Shown here in pieces: positions 40,417 through 49,856 of a stretch of 64,000 nucleotides of DNA. Source of the stretch: Armatimonadota bacterium (lineage in GTDB: Bacteria > Armatimonadota > SYMT01); assembly GCA_046292385.1 (NCBI GenBank), contig JBKBRF010000002.1, positions 32,001 to 96,000 of the forward strand, written 5' to 3'. Positions within the stretch are counted from its first letter, which is position 1, and each line of letters starts with the position of its first letter. The translations under genes and the position numbers were made by a program. Under the pieces are notes generated by a model. It worked only from the letters and a program-made list of their open reading frames with translations. It did no database searches and was not told the origin of the DNA.

Positions 40417-41916
40417 ATGCAGCAAGCGACTCTCACCCTCGACCGGGACTTCGTCGTCTCGGAGGTCGACCCGCGCCTCTTCGGCGGGTTCGTGGAGCAC
40501 CTCGGGCGCCACATCTACACCGGCATCTACGAGCCGGAGCACCCGACGGCGGATGAGCACGGCTTCCGCCAGGACGTGGTGGAGCTGGTCCGCGAGCTGC
40601 GGATGCCGATCATGCGCTATCCCGGCGGCAACTTCGTCTCCGGCTACCGCTGGGAGGACGGCGTCGGGCCGCGGGAGCGGCGGCCGAAGCGGCTCGACCT
40701 CGCCTGGGGCGGCCTGGAGCCGAACCTGATCGGCACCAACGAGTTCGCCGACTGGTGCAAGCAGGTCGGCTCGGTCCCGATGCTCGCCGTCAACCTCGGC
40801 ACGCGTGGCCCGGAAGAGGCACAGGCGCTGGTGGAGTACTGCAACCACCCGGGCGGGACCTACTACAGCGACCTCCGCCGGGAGCACGGCTACCTGGAGC
40901 CGCACGGCATCAAGGTCTGGTGCCTGGGCAACGAGATGGACGGCCCCTGGCAGATGGTCCAGAAGACCGCCTGGGAGTACGGGCGGCTCGCCAACGAGTC
41001 GGCGAAGCTGATGAAGTGGACCGATCCGACGATCGAGACGGTCCTCTGCGGCTCCTCGGGCCGGACGATGAAGACGTTCGGGAGCTGGGAGTGGGAGTCG
41101 CTCCAGCAGGCGTACGAGACGACCGACTACCTCTCGCTCCACACCTACTACGGCAACACCACCGACGACACGGCGGCCTTCCTCGCCAAGCCGGAGGAGA
41201 TGGGCGACTTCATCCGCGAGGGGATCGCGCTCTGCGACGCCGTCCGTGCCCTGAAGCGGAGCAAGAAGTTCGTCCACCTGAGCTTCGACGAGTGGAACGT
41301 CTGGCGCCAGACCCGCGACCTGGTGACTCCGGGCGAGAAGTGGACCGCCGGCCGGCCCCAGCTCGAGCAGCAGTACAACATGGAAGACGCGCTGGTAGTC
41401 GGCGGCATGCTGATCACGCTGCTCACCCACGCGGACCGCGTGCGGATCGGGTGCATCGCGCAGGTGGTGAACGCGATCGCGCCGATCATGACGGAGCCGG
41501 CCGGACGCATCTGGAAGCAGCCGACCTACCACCCGTTCCTGGCCGCCTCACACCTGGGGCGCGGCACGGTGCTGCAGTCGCTGGTCCACGCGCCGGGCTA
41601 CGAGTGCAGCCACCGCGACGACGTGCCGGTGGTCCAGCTCGCCTCCGTGGCGGACGAGTACGGCCTGACGGTCTTCGCGGTGAACCGGGAGCCGAACGGG
41701 CAGCCGGTCCGGCTCTCCGCCGCCCTGCGGCGCTTCGACCGGATCCGCACGGCGCGGCACCAGGTGCTGACGCACGCCGACCTGAAGGCGACCAACTCCG
41801 CCGACGAGCCGGAGAAGGTGGCGCCGCGGATGGTCGACGCCCCCACCCTGGAGGGCGACGGCTTCACCGCCGAGCTGCCGCCTTACTCCTGGAACGTGCT
41901 TCGCTTTGAGCACTAG
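40417..41916 (+). CDS. abfA: Alpha-L-arabinofuranosidase GH51 (cytoplasmic)
   Basis: FVEHLGR, RYPGGNF, LGNEMDG and SFDEWNVW motifs; no signal peptide. Confidence 0.92.
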   Translation: MQQATLTLDRDFVVSEVDPRLFGGFVEHLGRHIYTGIYEPEHPTADEHGFRQDVVELVRELRMPIMRYPGGNFVSGYRWEDGVGPRERRPKRLDLAWGGLEPNLIGTNEFADWCKQVGSVPMLAVNLGTRGPEEAQALVEYCNHPGGTYYSDLRREHGYLEPHGIKVWCLGNEMDGPWQMVQKTAWEYGRLANESAKLMKWTDPTIETVLCGSSGRTMKTFGSWEWESLQQAYETTDYLSLHTYYGNTTDDTAAFLAKPEEMGDFIREGIALCDAVRALKRSKKFVHLSFDEWNVWRQTRDLVTPGEKWTAGRPQLEQQYNMEDALVVGGMLITLLTHADRVRIGCIAQVVNAIAPIMTEPAGRIWKQPTYHPFLAASHLGRGTVLQSLVHAPGYECSHRDDVPVVQLASVADEYGLTVFAVNREPNGQPVRLSAALRRFDRIRTARHQVLTHADLKATNSADEPEKVAPRMVDAPTLEGDGFTAELPPYSWNVLRFEH

Positions 41917-42011
41917 GCAGGGTTAGCAGGTTGGCAAGTTGCAGGTTGCCAGGTTCCGAACCGGCCTTCGGGCGATCGGCAACCTGCCAACCTGCAACCT
42001 GTGAACCTGAA
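41917..42011. repeat. Inverted cluster of short CAGGTTG/CAACCTG repeats
   Basis: gcaggttggcaagttgcaggttgccaggtt ... caacctgccaacctgcaacctgtgaacctg. Confidence 0.7.
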
Positions 42012-42055
42012 ACAGTCAGCCCCGGACAGCAAACGCCGGCCTTCGGACCGAAAGC

Positions 42056-43381
42056 ATGCCAAACGCCCAGATCCACAACCGCATGACTCGCCGCAAGCTG
42101 CTCGCCTCCGTGCCGCTTGCGACCGCGGTGCTGGGCAGCACGGGCTGCGGCGTGGTGGGCGGGAAGACCCCGGTGCGGTTCTGGAACGGCTTCACCGGGC
42201 CGGACGGCCGTACCATGCTGCGCATGGTGAAGCGGTTCAACCAGGAGAACCCGGACGTCCACGTGGTGATGCAGCGGAGCGAGTGGGCCACCCACTACAA
42301 CAAGGTGTTCGTGGCCGGCCTCGGCAAGCGGGCTCCGGAGGTTTTCGTCGTCCACACCCGCACCATGGAGCGGTTCGTCCGCGCGGGGCTGGTCCGCCCG
42401 AACGACGACCTCGTCTCCGGCGCCGCGGCGGGAGAGCCGCTCGACGTCTCGGACCTCGACACCAACGTGTGGGAAGGGGTGGAGTTCGACGGCCGGCATT
42501 ACGCGTTGCCGATCGACGTCCACGCGATGGGTATGTACTTCAACCGCGCGCGCTTCCGCGAGGCGGGGCTGGTCGGCGCCGGGGGGGAGCCGGTCCTGCC
42601 GACCGACCGGGAGGGGCTGCTCGACGCCTGTCACCAGATGACGCGCCCCGCCCGCGGCGGCGAGCCGCCGCGGTGGGGGTACGTCTTCCACAACTGGGAG
42701 GGGCACCTCTACACCTTCATGCGCCAGTTCGGCGGCGAGTTCTTCACGTCGGACCACCGCCGGTGCCTGCTGCACAACCCGGAGAACGTCGCCGCGCTGC
42801 AGCTCTGCGTCGACATGATCCGCCGCTACCAGGTGGCGCCGCCCCCCGAGAACTTTGACTCCTGGATCGGGTTCCGGCAGGGGAAGGTTGGCATCACCTA
42901 CGAGGGGATCTACATGCTGGCCGACCTGCAGAAGCAACAGGACCTCGACTACGGCGGCGCGCCGGTGCCGCTGGTCGGCACCGAAAAGGCGGTCTTCGCC
43001 GACTCGCACAACCTCTGCCTCCGCGCCGACCTCGAAGGCCCGCAGTTGGAGGCGGCGTGGCGGTTCCTGCGGTTCCTCTCGGACCACAGCCTCGATTGGG
43101 CGGAGGGCGGGCAGATCCCGGTGCGGCAGAGCCTGCGCGCCACCCCGCGCTTTGCGAGCATGACGGTCCAGTCCGCCTTCGCGCGTCAGATCCCGTACGT
43201 CACCTACTTCCCCCGGATGACCTACATCCTGGAGTTCCTGCGAGAGTACAACCTGGCGATCGAGCTCGCCACGCGCGGGCGCGCCTCCGCGAGCGACGCG
43301 CTCCGGGGCGCGGAGGAGCGGGTGAACCGGATCATCCAGCGGGAGCGGTCCGCGCAGCGGACGGGTGAGGTGTGGGTATGA
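42056..43381 (+). CDS. Sugar ABC transporter substrate-binding lipoprotein
   Basis: TRRK Tat/lipobox GC; FWNGFTGPDG and YALPID motifs. Confidence 0.9.
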   Translation: MPNAQIHNRMTRRKLLASVPLATAVLGSTGCGVVGGKTPVRFWNGFTGPDGRTMLRMVKRFNQENPDVHVVMQRSEWATHYNKVFVAGLGKRAPEVFVVHTRTMERFVRAGLVRPNDDLVSGAAAGEPLDVSDLDTNVWEGVEFDGRHYALPIDVHAMGMYFNRARFREAGLVGAGGEPVLPTDREGLLDACHQMTRPARGGEPPRWGYVFHNWEGHLYTFMRQFGGEFFTSDHRRCLLHNPENVAALQLCVDMIRRYQVAPPPENFDSWIGFRQGKVGITYEGIYMLADLQKQQDLDYGGAPVPLVGTEKAVFADSHNLCLRADLEGPQLEAAWRFLRFLSDHSLDWAEGGQIPVRQSLRATPRFASMTVQSAFARQIPYVTYFPRMTYILEFLREYNLAIELATRGRASASDALRGAEERVNRIIQRERSAQRTGEVWV

Positions 43382-44250
43382 GCCGGGCGCGTGGGCGTGA
43401 GAACGCCTCCAAATACCTCTTCGCGCTGCCGTTCCTGGTGCTCTTCGGCGGCTTCGTGGCGCTGCCGCTCGTCTACGGCCTGGTGCTCAGCCTCTTCCGC
43501 TGGGACATGCTCTCCGCCCTGCCGCCCCGCTTCATCGGGCTCGACAACTACCGCGAGGCGCTCGGCGACCGCTACTTCTGGATGGCGCTCGGCGCCACCG
43601 GCCGGTTCGTCGGCATGGCGGTCCCGCTCACGGTCTGCGTGGCGCTCGCGGTGGCGGTCGGCATCAACGGCGTCCCCTCCCGCTACCAGGCGTTCTACCG
43701 CGCCGCCTACTACCTGCCGACCGTCATCACCATTACGGTGGCCGGCCTGCTCTGGCGCTGGTTCTACAACAGCGAGTTCGGGCTGTTCAACGCTTACCTG
43801 GGCCAGGTCGGGATGAAGGTGCCCTGGATCACCGATCCGCGGTGGGCGATGCTCTCCCTGGTGCTGATGACGGTCTGGTGGACGGTCGGCGGCCCCATGG
43901 TGGCGCTGCTCGCCGGCCTGCAGAACATCCCGGCGGCGTACTACGAGGCGGCGGCACTCGACGGCGCCACCGGCTGGAACCGCTTCCGCCACGTCACGCT
44001 GCCGCTCCTCCGGCCGGTGCTGCTCTTCGTGGTGGTAATGAACGTGATCGGCGCGTTCCAGGTGTTCGGGCAGGTCTACATCATCACCCGCGGCGGCCCG
44101 GAGATGAGCACGCGGACGATGGTCCAGTACATCTACGAGACCGCCTTCAACAACTACCGGATGGGGTACGCCGCGGCGCTGAGCTGGCTGCTCTTTGCGG
44201 TGATCGCGCTTTTCTCGCTGCTGCAGTTTCGGTTGATGAGGGAGCGATGA
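43378..44250 (+). CDS. Sugar ABC transporter permease
   Basis: FIGLDNY and EAA loop YYEAAALDGA. Confidence 0.93.
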   Translation: MSRARGRENASKYLFALPFLVLFGGFVALPLVYGLVLSLFRWDMLSALPPRFIGLDNYREALGDRYFWMALGATGRFVGMAVPLTVCVALAVAVGINGVPSRYQAFYRAAYYLPTVITITVAGLLWRWFYNSEFGLFNAYLGQVGMKVPWITDPRWAMLSLVLMTVWWTVGGPMVALLAGLQNIPAAYYEAAALDGATGWNRFRHVTLPLLRPVLLFVVVMNVIGAFQVFGQVYIITRGGPEMSTRTMVQYIYETAFNNYRMGYAAALSWLLFAVIALFSLLQFRLMRER

Positions 44251-44339
44251 GCTTCGTTTTCTTTCCAGAGCTGAAGGACGTGGTGTTCTGCTGCTCGTCG
44301 CACAGCAGCAAACATCCCGAGCGTCCGACCCCGCGCCCT

Positions 44340-44910
44340 TGTGCCGGGAGGCAGCCCTCCCGCGGCGGGTGCCCTCCGCGGCCTTTTCACGCTCCGGCTT
44401 CGCCTCCGCTAGCAGGCCGCTCCGGGAGTGCGCTCCGGTTCGCTCTTCCCGCGTCACAGACGGGATCACCCCAACAGCCTGGTTCACGGGCTGCCTCCCG
44501 GCCCTTCGAGCGAACCCCCCTACGCCCAGGGGGGTTCACAGGTGCCGCCCTTCGGGCGCCCTGGTTTCTGGCTGCGGCGCAACCGGTACCGCGCTTCATC
44601 CTGCGATCAGACATCCCAGACGCTATGGGGCCAGAAACTATCGGAGCCTGGAGGCGCTGCCGCAGGCAGAGCCGGAGGGATCCCTTTGTGACCACCCCTA
44701 GCGGGGGTGGTTGCTTGAGCCGGGCGGGGCGGCCCGTGAATCGCGGTGCCGGTTCAGCCGCAGCTTGCGAACGCGGAGCGCAGCCTTCCGCCGCGCACGC
44801 CCGGACCAGCCCGCTAACGGAGCGGAGCGGAGTGTGAAAGGGCTGAGGAAGGGCCACACACGCGGGAGGGCCGCCCCGCCCGGTGAGGGCACGGGGTGGA
44901 ACCCCGGTGA
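44340..44910. repeat. Palindrome-rich intergenic element with imperfect terminal inverted repeats
   Basis: gccttttcacgctccg..ctccgctagc (~44380) versus gctaacggagcggagcggagtgtgaaagggc (~44813); several internal hairpins. Confidence 0.5.
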
Positions 44911-44988
44911 GAAGCCGGTCCCGCCCAGCAAAGACCGCCTACGACAACAGCCTGAACCAAGAACCCCATCTCACCGAGGAGAACCCGG

Positions 44989-47445
44989 ATGCGCCGAAGA
45001 CGCTCTCACCTCACGTCATCCTTAATCGTCACCTCCGCCCTGCTCGCCCTCACCGCCTGGCAGGCGCACCACGGCCAGGCGCAGGAGGCGCCCGCGGCGG
45101 CGGAGCTGGTGGTGCACGCCGACCGGCCCGGGCCGCGGGTCAGCCCGCTGATGTACGGGGTCTTCTTCGAGGAGATCAACCACGCGGGCGACGGCGGGAT
45201 CTACGCGGAGCTGGTGCGGAACCGCTCGTTCGAGGACGGCACCGCGCCCGAGGCATGGAGCGCGGTGGCGCGGGAGGGTGGGCAGCCGGTGCTGGCGCTC
45301 GATACCGACCGGCCGCTGAACGCGGCGCAGGGGAAGTCGCTGCGTGTGGAGCTGCGCGGCCCGGGCGCGGCCGGGGTCGCGAACGACGGCTACTGGGGCG
45401 TGCCGGTGCGGAAGGGGGCGGAGTACCGGCTCTCGCTCTTCGCGCGCGCCTCCTCCCGGCTGCGGACGCCGCTGGTCGCCTCGCTGGAGGGGAAGGACGG
45501 CCGGGTCTACGCCCGCAGAGAGCTGGGCGGGCTGAAGGAGGAGTGGACGCGCCTGACCGGCACGCTGCGCGCGAGCGAGAGCGACCCCGCCGCGCGGCTG
45601 GTCCTCACCACGCCGGGCACCGGGACACTGTGGCTCGACGTCGTCTCCCTCTTCCCGGCGGACACCTGGAAGGGGCGGGCGAACGGGCTGCGGCGGGACC
45701 TGGCCGAGAAGGTGGCAGGGCTCGCCCCCGCGTTCGTGCGGTTCCCGGGCGGCTGCTTCGTGGAGGGCTCCCGGCTGGAGAACGCGGTCCGCTGGAAGCG
45801 GACGATCGGCCCGATCGAGGAGCGGCCGGGTCACCCGAACGCGAAGTGGGGTTACCGCTCCAGCGACGGCCTCGGCTACCACGAGTACCTGCAGTGGTGC
45901 GAGGACCTCGGCGCGGAGCCGATCTTCATCATTAACTGCGGGATGGCGTGCGGCTTCGACGGCGGCGAGTGCGTGCCGCTGGAGGAGCTGGGCGAGTGGA
46001 TCCAGGACGCGCTCGACGCGATCGAGTACGCGAACGGTCCGGTCACCAGCCGCTGGGGCGCCGTGCGGGCGAAGAACGGGCATCCGAAGCCGTTCAACAT
46101 GAAGCTCCTGGGGGTCGGCAACGAGAACGGCTGGGGCCAGTACCTCCCGCAGTATGAGGAGCGGTACGCGCGCTTCTACGACGCGATCAAGAAGCGCTAC
46201 CCGGAGATGCAGCTCATCGCCACCACGCCGGTCCGCTCCCGGCCGATGGACATCCTGGACGACCACTACTACAACAACCCGCAGTGGTTCTGGGCGAACA
46301 CCGGCCTCTACGACCGCCGCGACCGCAAGGGGCCGAAGATTTACGTCGGCGAGTTCGCCGTCACGCAGAACGCCGGCACCGGCAACCTGGCGGCGGCGGT
46401 GGCGGAGGCGGCGTTCATGACCGGCCTGGAGCGGAACGCCGACCTGGTGCAGATGGCCTCCTACGCGCCGCTATTCGTGAACGTGCGGGACCGCAAGTGG
46501 AACCCGGACGCGATCCCGTTCGACACCAGCCGCAGCTACGGCACGCCGTCGTACTACGTGCAGAAGCTGTTCGCGGAGAACCGGCCCGACGTGGTGCTAA
46601 ACAGCGAGCTCTCTCTGCCGCCGGCGACGGTAGAGAAAGGCGGGATCGGCCTCGGCACCTGGCTCACGCAGGCGGAGTTCAAGGACGTCGAGGTGATCCG
46701 GGACGGCAAGACGGTCTACTCTTCCCGCTTCCAGGATGACGCGCCGGAGTGGCGGCGGCAGGGCGGGGAGTGGTCGGTGCGGAACGGCGCCCTCCGGCAG
46801 AGCGCCGCGGGCGAGGACCGGCGGATCGTGCTGGCGGAGCCGTCGCTGGCGGACGCCTCCGACTACACCCTCCGCCTGAAGGCGCGCAAGCTGGGCGGCG
46901 CGGAAGGCTTCCTGATCATGTTCCGGAACCGCAGCCGCGGCGACTTCTACTGGTGGAACATCGGCGGCTGGCAGAACCGGGAGCACGCGATCGAAAAGGG
47001 GGTCGGCGGCGGAAAGGTGACCCTGGGGCCGCGCGTGCCGGGCAGCGTGGAGACGGGCCGCTGGTACGACATCCGGATCGAGCTGCAGGGTCCGCGGGTC
47101 CGCTGCTACCTCGACGGCAAGCTGATCCACGACGAGATCGATCGCGGCACGCCGGACCTGGCGGCGGTGGCGGGACGGGTCGACCGCACCGGCGAGATCA
47201 TCCTGAAGGTGGCGAACGGCGCGGAGACCGCCCGCCCGATGACGCTGCGGCTGAACGGCGCCGGCTTGCTGCGGGGGACCGGCACCGCCACCGTGCTCAC
47301 CTCCGGCTCGATGGCGGACGAGAACTCGCTCGACCAGCCGGAGCGGGTGGCGCCGCGCACGGTGCCGGTGGAGGGGGTGAGCTCCCGGTTCACCTACACC
47401 TTCCCGCCGCGCTCCGTGACGGTGCTGCGGCTGAAGAAGCGCTGA
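44989..47445 (+). CDS. Secreted alpha-L-arabinofuranosidase GH51 with an inserted beta-sandwich domain
   Basis: Signal peptide; FFEEINH, RFPGGC, GVGNEN, YVGEFA and SYAPL motifs. Confidence 0.9.
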   Translation: MRRRRSHLTSSLIVTSALLALTAWQAHHGQAQEAPAAAELVVHADRPGPRVSPLMYGVFFEEINHAGDGGIYAELVRNRSFEDGTAPEAWSAVAREGGQPVLALDTDRPLNAAQGKSLRVELRGPGAAGVANDGYWGVPVRKGAEYRLSLFARASSRLRTPLVASLEGKDGRVYARRELGGLKEEWTRLTGTLRASESDPAARLVLTTPGTGTLWLDVVSLFPADTWKGRANGLRRDLAEKVAGLAPAFVRFPGGCFVEGSRLENAVRWKRTIGPIEERPGHPNAKWGYRSSDGLGYHEYLQWCEDLGAEPIFIINCGMACGFDGGECVPLEELGEWIQDALDAIEYANGPVTSRWGAVRAKNGHPKPFNMKLLGVGNENGWGQYLPQYEERYARFYDAIKKRYPEMQLIATTPVRSRPMDILDDHYYNNPQWFWANTGLYDRRDRKGPKIYVGEFAVTQNAGTGNLAAAVAEAAFMTGLERNADLVQMASYAPLFVNVRDRKWNPDAIPFDTSRSYGTPSYYVQKLFAENRPDVVLNSELSLPPATVEKGGIGLGTWLTQAEFKDVEVIRDGKTVYSSRFQDDAPEWRRQGGEWSVRNGALRQSAAGEDRRIVLAEPSLADASDYTLRLKARKLGGAEGFLIMFRNRSRGDFYWWNIGGWQNREHAIEKGVGGGKVTLGPRVPGSVETGRWYDIRIELQGPRVRCYLDGKLIHDEIDRGTPDLAAVAGRVDRTGEIILKVANGAETARPMTLRLNGAGLLRGTGTATVLTSGSMADENSLDQPERVAPRTVPVEGVSSRFTYTFPPRSVTVLRLKKR

Positions 47446-47458
47446 GAGGCGGTTCCGG

Positions 47459-48322
47459 ATGCAGACGGTGATCCCACGCAAGCGGACCGGAAGGCGGCCG
47501 GGGACCCTGAGCTGGGCCCTCGGTCCGCTCCTGCTCGCGCTTGGCGCGCTGCTCTTCCTGGCGCCGGTGGCGATCATGCTGCTGACCGCGCTCAAGCCGG
47601 ACGCGGAGATCGTCCACTTCCGCAGCATCTGGCCGGAAGACGCGACGCTGGCCAACTTCCGGGAGATCCTGGGCAGCGCGGAGGAGATCCCGATCTTCCG
47701 CTGGCTGGGGAACAGCCTGCTGATCTCCTCCAGCGTCGCCGCGCTCGTGGTGACGGTCAGCTCGCTGGCGGCCTACGCCTTCGCGCGGCTCGACCTGCCC
47801 GGGAAGCGGTGGCTCTTCCCGCTGGTGGTCGGCACGCTGATGGTGCCCGGCCAGGTGCTGCTGGTGCCGGTCTACATGATCCTCAACCAGCTCGGCTGGA
47901 TCGATACGCCGCTGGCGCTGATCGTACCCGCGGGCGGGAGCGCCTTCGGCTTCTTCATGCTGCACCAGTTCTTCCTCGGCATCCCGCGGGAGCTGGAGGA
48001 GGCGTCCGAGCTCGACGGCTGCTCCCGCCTCGGCACCTTCCTGAACGTGGTGCTCCCGCTCTCCCGGCCCGCCCTGGCGGCGCTGGCAATCTTCGTCTTC
48101 GTCGGCTCCTGGAACGACTTCCTCGGCCCGCTGGTCTTCCTCGACTCGGTGGAGCGGTACACGCTGCCGGTCGGCGTCGCCCTCTTCCAGAGCTCCTACG
48201 CTACGGAATACGGCCTCACCCTCGCCGCCGCCGTGATCTGCACCTTCCCGGCCGTCGCCGCGTTCCTGCTCTTCCAGCGCCAGATCATCCAGGGGATCGC
48301 GGTGACGGGGCTGAAGGAGTGA
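47459..48322 (+). CDS. Sugar ABC transporter permease
   Basis: AAYAFAR, IPRELEEASELDG and WNDFL motifs. Confidence 0.93.
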   Translation: MQTVIPRKRTGRRPGTLSWALGPLLLALGALLFLAPVAIMLLTALKPDAEIVHFRSIWPEDATLANFREILGSAEEIPIFRWLGNSLLISSSVAALVVTVSSLAAYAFARLDLPGKRWLFPLVVGTLMVPGQVLLVPVYMILNQLGWIDTPLALIVPAGGSAFGFFMLHQFFLGIPRELEEASELDGCSRLGTFLNVVLPLSRPALAALAIFVFVGSWNDFLGPLVFLDSVERYTLPVGVALFQSSYATEYGLTLAAAVICTFPAVAAFLLFQRQIIQGIAVTGLKE

Positions 48323-48346
48323 TCAGCCAAGGGAACCACCCGAACT

Positions 48347-48704
48347 GAAAGGGGATAGGGGGATGGGGAACGGAGATGATGGGGATGGGCAGCCAACCAA
48401 ACTTAGTTCCTACTGCTCTGAAAACAGCCTTCCAGGGCGTAGGAGACAGGCTGACGCTCCGGCACGGCCTAACCCCCCAACCCCCTTCCCTAAAGTGGAA
48501 GGGGGAGCAGGCTAGCTTTCCACCGATAGCTTCCCTCTCCTCTCAGGAGAGGGACCGAGGGTGAGGCCCCGTGAGAGGGCTTCAGCCCCCCGCGCATAGG
48601 CGGCCCGTCCACGGTCAAGGAACGGTCGGACTTTAGCCTTTTGCCTTTAGCCTTTTGCCTTTTGCCTTTTGCCTCTTACGTCTCCTCATCTCCTTTTCTT
48701 ACAC
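48347..48704. repeat. Composite intergenic repeat region
   Basis: Ends related to the 22198 element; ccccttccc..ggaaggggg and ccctctcc..ggagaggg palindromes; TTTTGCC heptamers at 48631-48674. Confidence 0.6.
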
Positions 48705-48721
48705 TTTTGCGGAGGCCCGGA

Positions 48722-49825
48722 ATGATCCACCATAGACGCCCCAGCTTTCGCATCGCTGTCGCCATGGCGGTGGGGGTGGGGCTGCTGTTTGGGGCGGCGG
48801 GGCTGACGCGGGCGCAGCGGGCGCCGGAGCCGGCGGCGGGGGCGATCCGGCACGTGCACGACCCGTGCCTGATCAAGCAGGGCGACGCCTACTATCTCTT
48901 CTCCACCGGCCACGGGATTCCGATCCGGAAGTCGAAGGATCTGGTTCGCTGGGAGCTGGTGGGACGCGTCTTCAAAGAAGACCTGCCCACGTGGGCCAGG
49001 GAGGAGATCCCCGGCAGCGTCTTCCCCTGGGCGCCGGACATCGCCTACCTCAACGGGCGGTACCATCTCTACTACTCCGTCTCCTCGTTCGGGAAGAACC
49101 GCTCGCTGATCGCGCTCGCGACGAACAAGACGCTCGACCCGCAGAGCCCGGACTACGCCTGGAAGGACGAAGGGAAGGTGTTCGAGTCGCACCCCGGCGA
49201 CGACCACAACGCGATCGACTCGAACGTGCTCCTCACGAAGCAGAGCGACCGGGAGCGGCTGGCGTTCACCTTCGGCTCGTTCTGGTCCGGCCTCAAGCTG
49301 ATCGAGATGATGCCCACCACCGGCAAGCTGCCGGACAGCGGGGCGCCCGTAATCCGGATCGCCAGCCGCCCCCGCCCGGGCGCCGTGGAGGCGCCGTTCC
49401 TGATCGAGCGGGACGGCTACCACTACCTCTTCGTGTCGTTCGACTTCTGCTGCCGGGGCGTGCGGAGCACCTATAACATCCGGGTCGGGCGCTCGAAAAA
49501 GCTGGAGGGGCCGTACCTCGATCGGGAGGGCAAGTCGCTGCTGGAAGAAGGCGGGACGCCGGTGCTGGCGACAAAAGGGCGGGAGATCGGACCCGGGCAC
49601 TGCGCGGTGCTGCGGGAGCCGGGCCGCGACCTGCTGGTCTACCACTTCTACGACGGCATGGCGAACGGCATCCCCACGCTGCAGATCCGCCCGCTGAGCT
49701 GGGACGCGGACGGCTGGCCGACGCCCGGCGAGCCGCTCGTGCCGCTGCCCGATCCGGGCGTGAAGCCGGACGACGCGCCCGCCCGGCCGGACGACGGCTG
49801 CGCCGGCTGCGGGTCGGAAGACTGA
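48722..49825 (+). CDS. Secreted GH43 arabinan endo-1,5-alpha-L-arabinosidase
   Basis: VHDP, WAPD, NAIDSN, FGSFWSG, VEAPF, FDFCCRG and GPGH motifs. Confidence 0.9.
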   Translation: MIHHRRPSFRIAVAMAVGVGLLFGAAGLTRAQRAPEPAAGAIRHVHDPCLIKQGDAYYLFSTGHGIPIRKSKDLVRWELVGRVFKEDLPTWAREEIPGSVFPWAPDIAYLNGRYHLYYSVSSFGKNRSLIALATNKTLDPQSPDYAWKDEGKVFESHPGDDHNAIDSNVLLTKQSDRERLAFTFGSFWSGLKLIEMMPTTGKLPDSGAPVIRIASRPRPGAVEAPFLIERDGYHYLFVSFDFCCRGVRSTYNIRVGRSKKLEGPYLDREGKSLLEEGGTPVLATKGREIGPGHCAVLREPGRDLLVYHFYDGMANGIPTLQIRPLSWDADGWPTPGEPLVPLPDPGVKPDDAPARPDDGCAGCGSED

Positions 49826-49856
49826 TCGGAACGCGAGAGGAAGAAGGAAGCGACAG

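Noticed and set aside
44247..44837. ORF starting at an ATGA overlap after the permease
   Set aside because: It runs through palindromic repeat DNA and the translation is not protein-like.
49790..49825. CxxC tail (GCAGC) on the GH43 enzyme as a metal site
   Set aside because: It lies in a low-complexity tail with no other support.
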